In this document: piece by piece, positions 24,331 to 36,650 of the stretch
How the letters are laid out: the number at the start of each line of letters is the position of its first letter
Numbering within the stretch: position 1 is the first letter of the stretch
Source of the DNA: Nageia nagi
Lineage: Eukaryota > Plantae > Pinophyta
DNA length: 64,000 bases
Assembly (NCBI GenBank): GCA_050084985.1
Contig: JBITNC010000001.1
Span: forward strand, 151,280,001 to 151,344,000
Reading direction: 5' to 3'
Made by a program: the position numbers and the translations under genes
Notes under the pieces: model-generated
The model's database searches: none
What the model was told of the DNA's origin: nothing
The model's input: only the letters and a program-made list of their open reading frames with translations

Positions 24331-27300
24331 ATCTTTGAATTGCTCGAGGGCAAGCAATTCCAGGAGGGGAGGCTTTGTAACATTCCTTTTTTTTAAAAAT
24401 TATTTAATTTTGGAATTTTGGGGATTCCTTTTTTGTAAATATTTACTTTTTCAAATAATTGTTGCTAATTCCCTGAGATAGAATTATAAAGGTCCATTGG
24501 ACCTACTTGTGAGTCCCATGAGGGACTTTTTCCTCCCAAGCTAGGATATGTTCTTTTATTTATTAATTTACATACTTGGAGATCCCAAAGATGATTGTGG
24601 GAATCCCAAGGCTTGTATAGCACTTAGCACATGGATAAACACCTATTTTTCCCAATGTTGGATTTGGGAGCACTTGTACACATGCGCTAGCCTTGGGGAG
24701 ACTCCTAGACCCTCACGTTGGCCCATGATGACCCCCTTGCACCCATGCATGACTACTAGACTCACTTTGCACCTTGGACACCCATGTGGCATGCGTGGCA
24801 CTCTAGGACCTCACATTAAGCATTTATGACCCCTGGGTACCCACTTTGGGCATGCTTGACCCCTAGGCATCCACGTTGGAGATCTTGGGCCTCCAAAAGG
24901 CCAACGTTGAGATTGGGGAGGTTGGGGATGATTGCTAGGTAAGGTCCAGATCCAGTAAGAGCTATATAAGGCTAAGGAGCCTCATATTTGAGATAGACTT
25001 GATTATTATATTGAAACCCTTCTCTTCGGAGCTATCAAAGACTTGGCAGTGTCAAGCACTCTTGGGCGTGGAGCACAAGGAGAGCGCAGGAGGCTTAGGA
25101 CACCTTTTGTCTTACATGGTTGGGGTGTTGTTCATGTAAGTGAGGCTGCCCTACCCATAGGCATCCACAAGCGGTCTACATATTTGAATCCATCCGGTGG
25201 CATTTTGGAACCACATCCGATCTCTTTGTCGGAACCTAGTCTCTGAGGGAGCCATTCAATGAGGCATCCACAATGCTGATAGGAGGTGGTTGTTCTACCC
25301 ATTTTTCAGTATTTGTCTTAGCACTACATGTGCCCTAGTTGGCTCTTTGGAGGCCAACGTTAAGCCCTTTGGGCCTGATATTGTATCATTTGCTGTTTTC
25401 ATCCTTAATACAGCCATAGGCACTTTGGATCTCAATTATAGTCTCATTGTGTGATGTTCATGCTTCTATATTCCCCACGTTGAGCTATTTTGTATGTTTG
25501 TACTTGTATAATGCAACATTGGCATATCTAGATGTTTTTGGCATAGCATACTTGATTCTTGGTGCATGATGTTGGGCATTTAAGTAATATTCTTGCTTAT
25601 AGAGTGATCATTGGCATTCTTGACTTGTTGATGCATGTATTTTATGCCCTAGTTCAAATGTTGCATGCTTAAGGGTTGAATTGAATATTGTTTTTGGCTA
25701 ATTATTGCCTTGAGAGTATTTTTGGGGATATTACAAATACAATCTTATTTGATTTTCACCCTTATAGAGTTGTAGGCAATGCCATGAAGTATCAATCTAT
25801 TTTGATTACTTTGTATATGCATCAACAAGTTTATGGAGAAGAGATATAGGTCTTTTGTCTAAGGTGTCCAAATCCATATTGGCCCTTTGTGCACATCTGG
25901 TGCAACAATGTTTACCATCCCCCTTTCCTATTCAATTGATAGACCTATTAGAAATAAATAATACATCAGTCTCAATAATAGATACTTTAGGTATCTACAA
26001 AAATGTAAAGGCTACTAAATAATATTAGCCTACATAATAGTTGAGGATATTAAATATTTAGGGTTTCTCATAGACAATTATTCTATGGGAATGTAAAACC
26101 CTTTTTTCAATAATAGAATAATCTCTCTCGTTCATTTCCAATATGGTATCAAAGCTCAGTATCTTCTCTTCTCTCCTCAATCTGCCCAATGAAGTTATGG
26201 TTGTTTGCCATAGCCTAGGGATGATTGTGCTGGAGAAGTGAAGGACATCCTTGAAATACAACCATTTTGTGTTGAAGATCTGGGGAGAAGATCTGCCGAT
26301 TTCTCCCTTCCTCCCAGCCACTGACAAAATCCTAGTAAGTGTGAAGGAGACAGAAAATCTATGACAAGTTGCAAAGCATAGAGAGTAGGGTGAATCTGAA
26401 TTACCAACAACATTGATCTGGAAATATTTGTGCGGTTTGATGTATTTAGCGAAACATTGTAGTCCACCAACAAAGCTGAACTCCTCTCCCTCTATAGTGT
26501 GCAAGTGATATTCATATCATTTTGTGTAGGAGGCCCACGACAAGGCTTTTCTTCCAAAACCTCCAGCACACGAAGCGAGCAACCAAACTGCCCCCCACAA
26601 GACCTCCTCCTCCTCTCCCTTGCCTCACGCAAGCCAACTTTTTTTTTCTAAAGCTCTCGCTCAGAAACACTAGCCACTTGCGCACATTCCTAAGGAGCAA
26701 AGGAAGAAGATTGATGAAAAATCAAGGAGTTGCATTCTTCTCTGGTATGATAGTGAATCCAAAGCCTATAAACTCATGGATCCTACTACTCGAAGAACTT
26801 ATATCAGTAGAGATGTAATCTTTGATGAGACTGGTGAATCTTCAACTAGTCCACCTGTAGAGGTACTTGAACCTAACAGTGGTCCCATAATCAATTATGA
26901 TGATGAGAATGATGAGAGAGAAGCTCCAACTGTGAATTTGCCGCCTCAAAATGTCAGAAGATCTAAGTTGTACCAAAATACATGTAGGATTCAAACTTGA
27001 GTAGCTCCACCTGACACTTCTAGCTCTAGACCAAGGACATGAAGCATAACTCGTGAGGAAGTGAATTTGGCACTAATGAGCACAATTGTGAATACACCTG
27101 AACCTGAAATGGTTCATGAAGCTATTAAGCTACTGCATTGGAAGTCAACCATGTAGGTTGAGTATGATGCATTGATAAAAAATGACACATGGAAGCTTGT
27201 AGATCTTCCATCAGGGAAGAAGGCCATTGGATGCAAATGGGTGTTCAAAACCAAGTACAAAGTTGATGGTACACTCAATATGCACAAGGCTTGACTTGTT

Positions 27301-28792
27301 GCCAAAGGTTATGCTCAACAAGAAGGTATCGACTATGAGGAGACTTTTGCTCCCATGGCCAAGATGAAGATCATTAGAATTGCTTTTGCAATGGTAACAC
27401 AATTTGGTTGGAAAGTCCATCAAATGGATGTGAAGAGCGCCTTTCTAAACGGAGATTTAGAGCAAGAAGTCTACATGTAACAACCTGAAGGATTTGTGAT
27501 TGATCCAGGAAAAAGAAAAGTGTGTAGATTGATCAAGTCTCTGTGCACGAGATTGGTACATGAAAATTAATTCCCACCTACTACAACATGACTTTTGTAG
27601 GAGTACGTATGATCCTAACCTCTACCTTCAACAACATGGGGGGGAGATTGTCATAGTTGTAGTATGTGTCGATGATCTGGTTATTACAGGCAGCATTGAG
27701 GAGTTGATCATATCTTGCAAAGATGACTTCAAACGATCATTCGACATGATTGACCTTGGTTTACTTCACTATTGCCTTGGATTGGAGTCTTGGCAAATGC
27801 AGGACCGAATATTTGTTTCATAGATAAGTACACCAAGAAGTTGTTGGAGAAATTTAGGATGACAACATGTGAACCGATGTCTACACCAATTGAACCCGGT
27901 TTGCATTTTTCATGTAATGATTGTTCTCCATTGAAAAATGCAACTCTCTACCGTCAGCTAATTGGAGTGTTAATTTACCTAGCATACACCAAGCCAGATA
28001 TTTGCTATGCTGTCAACTATCTTTCATGATTCATGCATGAACCAAAGAGGGCCCATTGGACTGTGACTTTTTGAGGTACATCCGTGGCATTGATGAGTAT
28101 GGCCTGGAGTACAAGAAGAACGATAAGTTTGTCTGGGTTGGATACACGGGTGCAGATTACGTAGGATCCTTGGATGATAGAAAATCATCGATAGGATACA
28201 TATTCTTCCTTGGATCTGGACCGATTTCATAGGGTAGCAATAAACAAAACATCACATCCAAGTCTACCACAAAGTCGGAATACCGTGCTGCAGGAGATGT
28301 TGTGAAGCAGTATGGTTACGTTGCATTTTGACAAACATTGGAATTCCACAGAAACAAGCCACAGTTCTGCGTTGTGACAATCAAGTTGTTCTAAAACTAG
28401 TCCTAAATCCTTGTTTTCACGTGCCTACTAAACACATTGAGATACAAGTGCACTTCATTCGGGATCATGTTTCACTACATAACATCTAGCTCCACTATGT
28501 TGTGACTAGCACAACAGATCCCAAAATTGCAAGATTTTGGGGACCCTCAGCAGCTCTTGTCTACACAACGTCATGTCTGTATCACATCAACCTGAAAGCT
28601 TCAACCGCCTAGTTATCATGCTTATCACCCCGAGCGTATGTATCACAATTCACCCAACCATAGCCATGTTAGACAATTCAAAATTATCAAGAAAATGATT
28701 GTTTGGAAACTAGAGGTCAAGTACAGGCAAAGTTAAGGGAATCTAAGTTGAGTCCAAGCTAGGCCAAGCAAATCCGAGCTATCCTAAGGCCC

Positions 28793-29584
28793 AACGCATG
28801 TCTCAATAAGATAAAGTTGTCTTTCTGGGTCATGCGCCCAAGACAGAAGGACGGCAAAATCAAAGATGATGCTGAGCAAGTGAAGATGAAACACTTTGAG
28901 GTTGATAGCATGGTTAAAAAAGACAAAATGTTGTTTTTCTAGGACATGCACCCAAGTTAGGAGGCCACCTTGGACAAGGTCGAAGGTGAAAGAATAAAAT
29001 TGAAGCACCTTGAGGATGAGCGCACCTCTCAAAAAGACAAAATCTTGCCTTTTGGGGGCATGCGCTTAAGTCAAGGGATTGTCCAGGTTGATCTCAAGGT
29101 GAATTTTGGTCAAGGTATGAACTTTCAAAGTTGGCATCTGGCACAAGCAGGGTCAAGAGGGCAGGTGCATGGTTTTAAAAGACAAAATCTTGACTTCCTG
29201 TGGCATGCGCCTGGTCCATGTCGAAGAAAACAGGGAAATTTGGCTAAATCCCACTCATAGAGACCCAAAACCAAGTCAAATTGGGCAAGAGCAACCCAAC
29301 GTATGCTCCAAAAAGACATTTTTGACTTATTGAGGCATGCGCTCAATCTGGCATGATTGGAGGGATGGGTGCACGTTTCTAAAAGACAATCTTGTCTTTT
29401 TGAAGCATGCACCTAGCCTGGGAGGAGTCCTGGAGGTGTACGAAGGTGAAATTTGATAAAGTCTGGGCCTTGGAAGAGACAAGTCCAGAACAATCCAAGG
29501 TCAGAGGATACCTTGCATCCAAAGGTCAAGGAGCTCCAAGTTGAGCGCATGACCCAAAAAGACAAATCTTTTTTGGGCATGCAC
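28793..29584. repeat. Array of 7 interspersed ~46-bp imperfect palindromes
   Basis: Copies start ~28793, 28906, 29018, 29164, 29297, 29368, 29543; same consensus and spacing pattern as 11095-11705. Confidence 0.9.
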
Positions 29585-29971
29585 CCACCCTAAAACCACC
29601 CTCTTTTCCCCATGCCTGGTTATAAGTTTCAATTTCTCGATTTCCAAGTCAACACAGATCCCTAGGTTGGCCATCTGGACGACTAAAGTTGAATTTCTCA
29701 TAAAAGTGGTCGACTAGGGTTTGCAAAAACCTAATTTTGCCTTATAAATAGGAGAATGGGCTCCTTTTTCCAAATCAAGATTATTCTCTCCTTTTTTTGC
29801 ACCAAAGTGAGGAAGAAGGGCAGAATTAGGATTTCGAGGTCACTTCATCACCCTTCTAAGCTTGCGTAGGTGATTTGGAAGCAAGGCTAGGGCATTTATT
29901 GTGAACATTACACTCAAGGAGGGTTACGTACCACTCTTGGAGATGCATATCATCCATTTGGTCCCTTCAAG

Positions 29972-32900
29972 ATGACTAGCTTGAGGAGTAGTGCAGCCAA
30001 GGAGAGTGCTAGGGAGCTTGAGAGGTTGAAGCAAGATAGTATCATTCCGATATGTGAGAGGCAAGAGCCCTTGGAGCGAGGGGCTAAGTTTTCAAAAAAT
30101 GGGTTTGCCACTATTGGAGATACAGATTGACAAAAGGTTGCTAACTTGATCCTATGTAGATGAGAGAAAAGATTTGTAGCATAGAGGTGGGTGTGTTGAA
30201 GAAGGATGTTGTATTCTTCTTCGGTCTCACAACAACCTCATCCCTCTCTTTCGCAATTCCTTTCCCGAAACTATGCATTGAGATGAGTCAAGATTGGAAG
30301 AAGGGCAAAAGGGTGCTAAGGGACATCAAAGGGGATGTAGTCATGGATTTCAGTCCTGAGGAAATTAAGGCGGCATTCTAGTGGACAGGAGAATGGAATT
30401 TTGAGTATAGTGAAACAGAGTCACTAGCCCACTACCAATCTACCAACAGGGCAACAACCACGATTAGAGATTGGATGCTTGAAGAGCATCATGGGATGAA
30501 AGGGAATGCTCTCATCAATTCTCCATGCAATAACTTCTATCCCTTTGTAGAGATGATGATACTGATGTTTTCCAAATTGCTCAGAAAAGAAGATGGTATA
30601 AAGTTCAGGAAAGACTTCTTTGGCTTCATGGTCAAAATAGCAAGCGGAAAGAGAATCAAATGGAGCAAGGTACTGAGTGACACCATTGTTGAGTAGCTGC
30701 TGTCAATAGGAACCTCTAGGAAGTTTTACATGAATTCATACTTGGTGTACTTGTTGCTTCATGACAAGTATCGACCAATGGCCCAAGGAGAGGTGGCCAT
30801 GATAGAAAAGGGGACCTATCCCACTTATCCCATATAGAGTTGTTATCCCAAGTGGAAGATTGAAAGGAGATGGGATAGGTTCTTTACGAGGAATGATGGA
30901 TGGAGGTATGATATCTATGAAGAACTGGAGGACGAAGTCATGATTACTAGGATCTCAAACTCAACTTAGGATGCCTTGAAGAAGCATGGGACTTCTTCAT
31001 CCACCATCAACACTAATTCTATATCAGGATTTTTGGATCAACCGTGGAGCCGTACCAACTACCTAGATAATTTTGTAACAGATTGTTCATTATGGAGATG
31101 ATGAGGGAGTTGGCTTTCTTGCATGAGCATGTATGGCACAAGAAATTGACCACCACCAACTTGTCGGTTATAGTGGAGGAATACCTAGGACTTGGGTGGA
31201 TGTGGATACCATGAAAGAGGAGTTGGAGAAATACCACTTCAAGATATTGAACGCCGTAGACCACTATGACCCGGAGCATAGAATCCACAACTTCTATATG
31301 AAGGAACGAAAGAAGGCTTATGAACATAAGCCACTTGGAGATAGGGAGTTGTTTAGGAATGTGAGCAATGAGGTGGAGATGAGAAAGATCCATGCCCAAT
31401 TGCAAGAAGGAGCTAAGAAGCAAAAAAGGACAATAGAAGCTACTATAGACAAGAGGTTGTCACATACCAAGGGGAAGAGACAAGAAGAGTCTACTTCCAG
31501 ATTCACATAGTATCTCTTTGCAAATGAAGAGCCAGTTGGGCAGTATGCTTTTATATACAAGAAAGACCCTGTAGAGATAGTAGTAGAGCAAGTGAAAGGG
31601 ATGGTAGATGAGAATGATGTGTAGGAGTTGGAAGATGTAGCGACAAATAAAAGAGTGAGGTGTGTGAGGAATAGAGAAGAAGATCCATCACCCCTGCAAA
31701 GACCTCCTAGAGAACCAAGCCAATGTCTTGTCACCATTGTTCCATCATTGGGTTCCCTGTCCTCTAGTGTGATGTATGAACAAGAAGATAGCCAAGAAGA
31801 TGGCCAAGAGGAGGATGGTGAACAAGGAGAGACCCAAGGTTAGCCTATTCAAATTCCAGATGCCCAAGAAGAGGAGTCCTTATAGATTCTAGAGGTAGTA
31901 CACAAGTCGATTTCATCAAACCCCTCCACATATCGAAGAAGAGAAAAAAGCCCAATCTCTGAGTCAGTTCCCAAAAGGTTGTAATTGAAGAGAACTCCAC
32001 AATCACAACCATTTGAAGGAGGTGATGAAGACAATGCTAGTGAAGAAGTGAGGCCTCTTAAGAGACAAAGAATGAATGTTTCCACCACTCAGGAACCCAT
32101 TCTTGAGACCCACTAACCTCCACCAAACGATGAGTGGGGCATTGATGTGGACGAGTGCCTTGATGTCTTTAACATGGATGTGGGAGAAGAGCTTGAAGAT
32201 GCTGAAGGTAATTATCAAGTAGGAGAGAGCTCCACTTGCCCAAAGAAAAGCCAGACATATGTACACATGACCAAGGATGCAGTTCACATCAAGACTGTGT
32301 ACACAGACAAGACTAACCCACAAAAGCTTGAAGACCTCAAGCAGATTAATCAAATAATCAACATGGGCCCTATTGGAATTGTGGGAAGGAAACACTCCAT
32401 CATAGCCAATGTCGATGTAATAACAAAGGACAAATTGCAGAAAGAAAAGAAGATTAAGAGTTTGAAGGAGGAGTTGGTCGCATAGAGAAGATTGACACGA
32501 GAGATGGAATTCGTCAAGATGCCCCTTAAAGAGTTTAAGAAGTTGAAACCATTGAAGGAGGGGTTGGTGGTTGTTGAAACAAAGTTGATTGAGGAGGTAC
32601 TAGTAGTGGTGGCACAGTTTGTGGAGGCCTTGCGAAAGATATCTATTGAAGAAGAGAAGCTGAAGGGAATTGTGACCAATAGAATAGAGTTCCTTAGGAG
32701 GTTGGAGTTTCAAAGACCGATTATTGAGAATCTTCAAGCAACAGGGAATAAGAGATTGAAAGATGTTAAATTCTGTGGTGATTACTGGTTCTACTTGGGG
32801 GTAGTACAACAGATGAGTACTCGCTTCTAGGAAGTGAGCAAGGAGGTTACAAGGATCAATGATGAGGCAAATTCACAATTGGAACAAATGGAGTACGAAG

Positions 32901-33198
32901 TTAAGTTCCTCAAGGAAGACACCACCATTAGAGAACTAGACGAGGTGATTACAAAAGTAAAACACTTGCTCCAAAGCTTGTTTCTAATAGAATACATCAC
33001 TGCCTACTAGACAAGGAGTCATGCTAGGAACATGCTTGGAAGCTAGAAATGGAGAAGATCATTCGCAAAATTGATGCTTGTGTTACAAAGAACTTTGGGA
33101 GGACATACGAGATGTTGCACGGCTTAGAGTTCATGACCAAGTTCCTAGATGACGATTTCGAGGACAAAGTTGTAGCCTTAGGACCACCATCATCATAG
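29972..33198 (+). pseudogene. Decayed ~1075-codon retrotransposon accessory ORF of unknown function
   Basis: ATG 29972 (MTSLRSSAAKE…) to TAG 33196-33198; six + strand ORF-track pieces are collinear. Motifs IGDTD, FPKLCIEM..DFSPEEIKAAF, IKWSKVLSD..RKFYMNSYLVYLL, YIRIFGSTVEPYQLPR, then an acidic middle and a coiled-coil-like C-terminus. TATA-like CTTATAAAT ~29742. Confidence 0.75.
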
Positions 33199-35879
33199 TT
33201 TATTTTATTTGATTTTATTATTTTAGCAAAATATTTTTTTTTTAGCAAGACTTTAATTTGAATATTTTATTCCAACCTTGTGATGGATGAGGATTTGCTC
33301 CCACAAGTCTTGGAACAGATCTTGTAATGCATGTGGCGATTTATTATTGGACCTCATTTGTTTTTCTTGGAAAACGTAATTAGGATTAGGGCAACAGTGA
33401 GTTGGTGAAAATGTATGTATAGCCCTAAGGGCTCATTTGTTAGGGGATTAAACATTTTTGTAAATTGGACAACTTACCTAATATTTTCAAGCTAGCAAGT
33501 TTTCTGAATTTGTGATGTGATATACTTCAAGTAATTGAATAGTGAATGCTCTTATTTATTTGGAACTATGAATGTGAATGGATGTCTTGTGTTTTCTTGA
33601 GTACTTAGTGCATTTTGTAAATCTTGTTTAAGGTGGACAAAAGAGTGCTTGAATATCTTTAGAAGTATCTCAAGTAGTGCATGGTTGTGTAACGATTCAT
33701 AGTTTGTGTTATAGACTTGTACACTTTGAGATGGCTCCCATATGTCATTTAGCATAGGAACTTCACTCTTTTGTCAAAGGTCTACCCATGTCCTATTAGT
33801 TACCACCATCGCCTTAGCTTCAAGCTCCTCTTTCTAGGCCATTCGTGTTGTTGGCTAGCAAGGTGGATCCGGAGTATGTGGAACCTATAACAAGCCCATG
33901 AGAGTTGATTCTTGAAATCTGTATTAGTCGATAAGACCATTAAACACTTGTGCTTAACTCACATATCGCCGTCTACTCAACCTTTTTCTTTATTTTTCAC
34001 TTTTTTTTGCGGCTTTCGCAACCCCTTTGTTTGTTTTATTGGAGAAACTACCTTTGTTTGGAAATAGGGACACTTCGAGTCCTTGGTTAACAAATTTTAT
34101 TTGATTTGGTGATAGCTTCAAACATCCTAGCCAATCTTTTGAGTCTCATTCCTACACCATCCATCCAAGAGACCTTTGAGGTACCCCTCCTCATATCGAG
34201 GAGGGTTAATGCCCTTCCATCTAGGTGTTGGTGTCTTTCTCAAGCCTTGCAAGTCATTTGCCTATTTGCAAGGTAGGAAAGAAAAAGCCCCCAATACACT
34301 ACATTTCCACGAAGAAGCAAATTGTTGATGTCTTCACCAAATCTCTTGACAGTGGAAAGTTTGAATACTTTCGGAGCCTCCTTTCATGTTCTTTGAAAAC
34401 CTAGTGTATTATGGTTGGTATTAGAAATAAATAATACATTAGTCTCAAGTATAGATACTTTAGGTGTCTACAATAATGTAAAATCTACTAAATAATATTA
34501 ACCTACATAATAGTTAAGGATATTAAATATTTAGGATTGCTCATAGACAGTTATTCTACGGGAATGTAACTCCCGAATGCTTTTGTATATAAACCCTTTT
34601 CTCAATAATGAAATAATATCTCTTGTTCATTTCCAATAAAACCCAATATGCATGCAGGGTTCTTATTTATATACCCAAGTCTTGCAAAGTAGTCAGTATC
34701 ACAGCCCATCTTATTGGAATATTGATGCATGTACTACCATTGTCATATTCACACAATTTTGCAGTATAATGGGGTTGTAATGACTTGTTTACAACCCTTT
34801 GACCATACCTTATTTACCATGATAATATTTCAACAAATGTTGTTTTTATTGTTTTACAAGAATATCATAGTAGCTTGATCATGGGTTTTCTCTTCATGAC
34901 ATGATTGCCAAATCAGACTTATGTATATATATGTATTGCCTCTTTGTATGCATCAGGTAGCTAATTAGTGTTATCTCCTAGTTTCCATGGTTATAATTAT
35001 ACTGTTGCATTTTATGATTTATCATAAGTAGTGATAGTTCGCTATAACAGAATTCATCCCTGATATTATTTATTCGCAATCATTCAGATTGTATTTTTGT
35101 CATGCTGTTTAATATGTGCCAGGATTATTCTACCAAATGACAATACTGGTTTTTGCAAGAATGTTGAGTTTTGCTTATTTACCATAACAATATGGAATAG
35201 CAATTCATCACTTTTTGAACAACATTTAAACAAATCACTTTGCAACCTCGAGTGTATGCAATTCAATACCTATGCATAAATGTATCATCTGTGGATTCCA
35301 TTTTTGTTCTATAAACAACTGAACTATATTTGCATTACCATATTAATGAAAAACTGTTTTACAATATATGTGCATTCCAACTGTACCATCGGATCAAGCA
35401 TATAACAGAAAAATCCATTTCCAACTGAAATATCAACAATAACTTAAAATACTGTTTCAGCACATCTAAATTCAAAAACATATGTATTTACAAATGGTAT
35501 TAATTGACTTGCATCATGAAGAATGTTCAACATTCAATAATGAATTATAAACAATTCTGAAGGATTCATTTTACCAGACTTATGATGGTGGGTTGATGCA
35601 ATGTGATTTCGGTTATCATATATTGCAGCCAAAGAGGCAAGTAGTACAAAAACACTTGGAGGTAAAATCAAACGATAGAATGCATATAATGGCTGTAGCA
35701 TTCTTTCAAGGTAGAATATGTTTGTTGGAGAATAACTATTTTCCTTTTTATAGACAGATTGGTGTACCGACACCAAACAATAAGATGTTATCACAAAAGA
35801 CAAACAATGTGGATGGTTATTGTGTTTAGCTCTCTGTGAATCCATGATTATTACCAGTTAATTGTGCAGTCTATAACAG

Positions 35880-36650
35880 AGGTATCATTTGTTTCATAAG
35901 AGAATTAAATCTCATAGAACACCATCCCAGTTGCCCACTTCAGCATTGATAATTGGAAGAAGAGCATAAGATGGAGTATATTCAGGCTTCAACAAATAAA
36001 ATGATTGTTTTCACGAATTCCCTTGTGCACTACAAGCACTAAGCAAACATGTCCAGGTACCCGTTTCCGGTTTTATGGCATCTTAACAATGATGTTCAAA
36101 GCTTCCCAAATTAGCCTGCACGGCCAAGAAGGTTAACAATGCATGTATAATGATTCAATCCAGGAATAATCCGATAAGAAACACTCATGCTATTAGAGTA
36201 TTTGCAGCCCTCGTTCACTAGACTGTCGTGGCTTCATGCAGTAGAACACATACAAAGGTTGTGTTGTTAGGGAAACAATGTCAATGCCTGTTGAGGAAAG
36301 CCATGTCTCCGGAAATTATCGTATTCCAAGAGAAGATTTCTTGTTCAGTATACAGTCGAAAACTTCACGGCGTCTGTCAACCTTCCGCGGTTGACATTTG
36401 GATAAGTCTGTTTTGCAAACTTGTGCGTGGACGAGTCAATTTAAGTCTGATGTGATTGATGAGGGAATGAAGGAGCTTTCTCTTTGAAAGGGAATTGTTG
36501 GCGATGCGGGTCTGCAGTAGTTGCAGACATGTTGAAGTCTATATTTGTAGTACGCAAGATGTGCATTGTGTGTATAGCCATTGAAAATATTCGTGAGGTC
36601 ACATACAAAGAGCTACTGCCCACATTCATGATCCACCTGGTTTTCCATGT
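35880..36650 (-). pseudogene. PLS/E-class pentatricopeptide repeat (PPR) pseudogene, antisense in the NFU intron
   Basis: Minus strand: TCLQLLQTRIANNSLSKRKLLHSLI, FSWNTIISG, HGFPQQALTLF, PNNTTFVCVLL, LVNEGCKYSNSM..YRIIPGLNHYTCIVNLLGRAG, KPETGTWTCLLSAC, SYALL..NAEVGNWDGV; frameshifts and stops. Confidence 0.85.

Larger units (their letters stand above)
18680..25735 (+). mobile_element. Ty3/gypsy chromovirus LTR retrotransposon, non-autonomous (gag/protease not found, pol disrupted)
   Basis: 5' LTR 18680-20994 (interrupted), tRNA-Met PBS TGGTATCAGAG at 20996, PPT AGGAGGGGAGG 24362-24372, 3' LTR 24376-25735 (1360 bp), TSD CATAC/AATAC. RT, RNase H, integrase and chromodomain in gypsy order. Confidence 0.95.
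28498..34296 (+). mobile_element. 5.8 kb insertion interpreted as a giant solo LTR carrying an internal ORF
   Basis: Perfect 5-bp TSD CACTA (28493-28497/34297-34301); termini TGTTG...CAATA; removal restores the Copia RNase H frame; no internal LTR pair, PBS or gag/pol seen. Confidence 0.8.
25946..34638 (+). mobile_element. Ty1/copia LTR retrotransposon, internally deleted and interrupted by a 5.8 kb insertion
   Basis: LTRs 25946-26143 and 34419-34638, PBS TGGTATCAAAGC 26144-26155, TSD AGACC/AAACC. SH3-like KAYKLMDP..ISRDVIFDE, RT (KAIGCKWVFKTK, HQMDVKSAFLNG), and RNase H split at LHY|ISTKKQIVDVFTK. Confidence 0.93.

Noticed and set aside
28493-34301. CACTA DNA transposon
   Set aside because: CACTA occurs as a direct repeat that is part of the interrupted Copia codons (CAC TAC); there is no terminal TAGTG, so it is a 5-bp TSD.
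35866-35900. DYW domain on the PPR pseudogene
   Set aside because: No HSE/CxxC motifs seen; only the E-domain region is supported.
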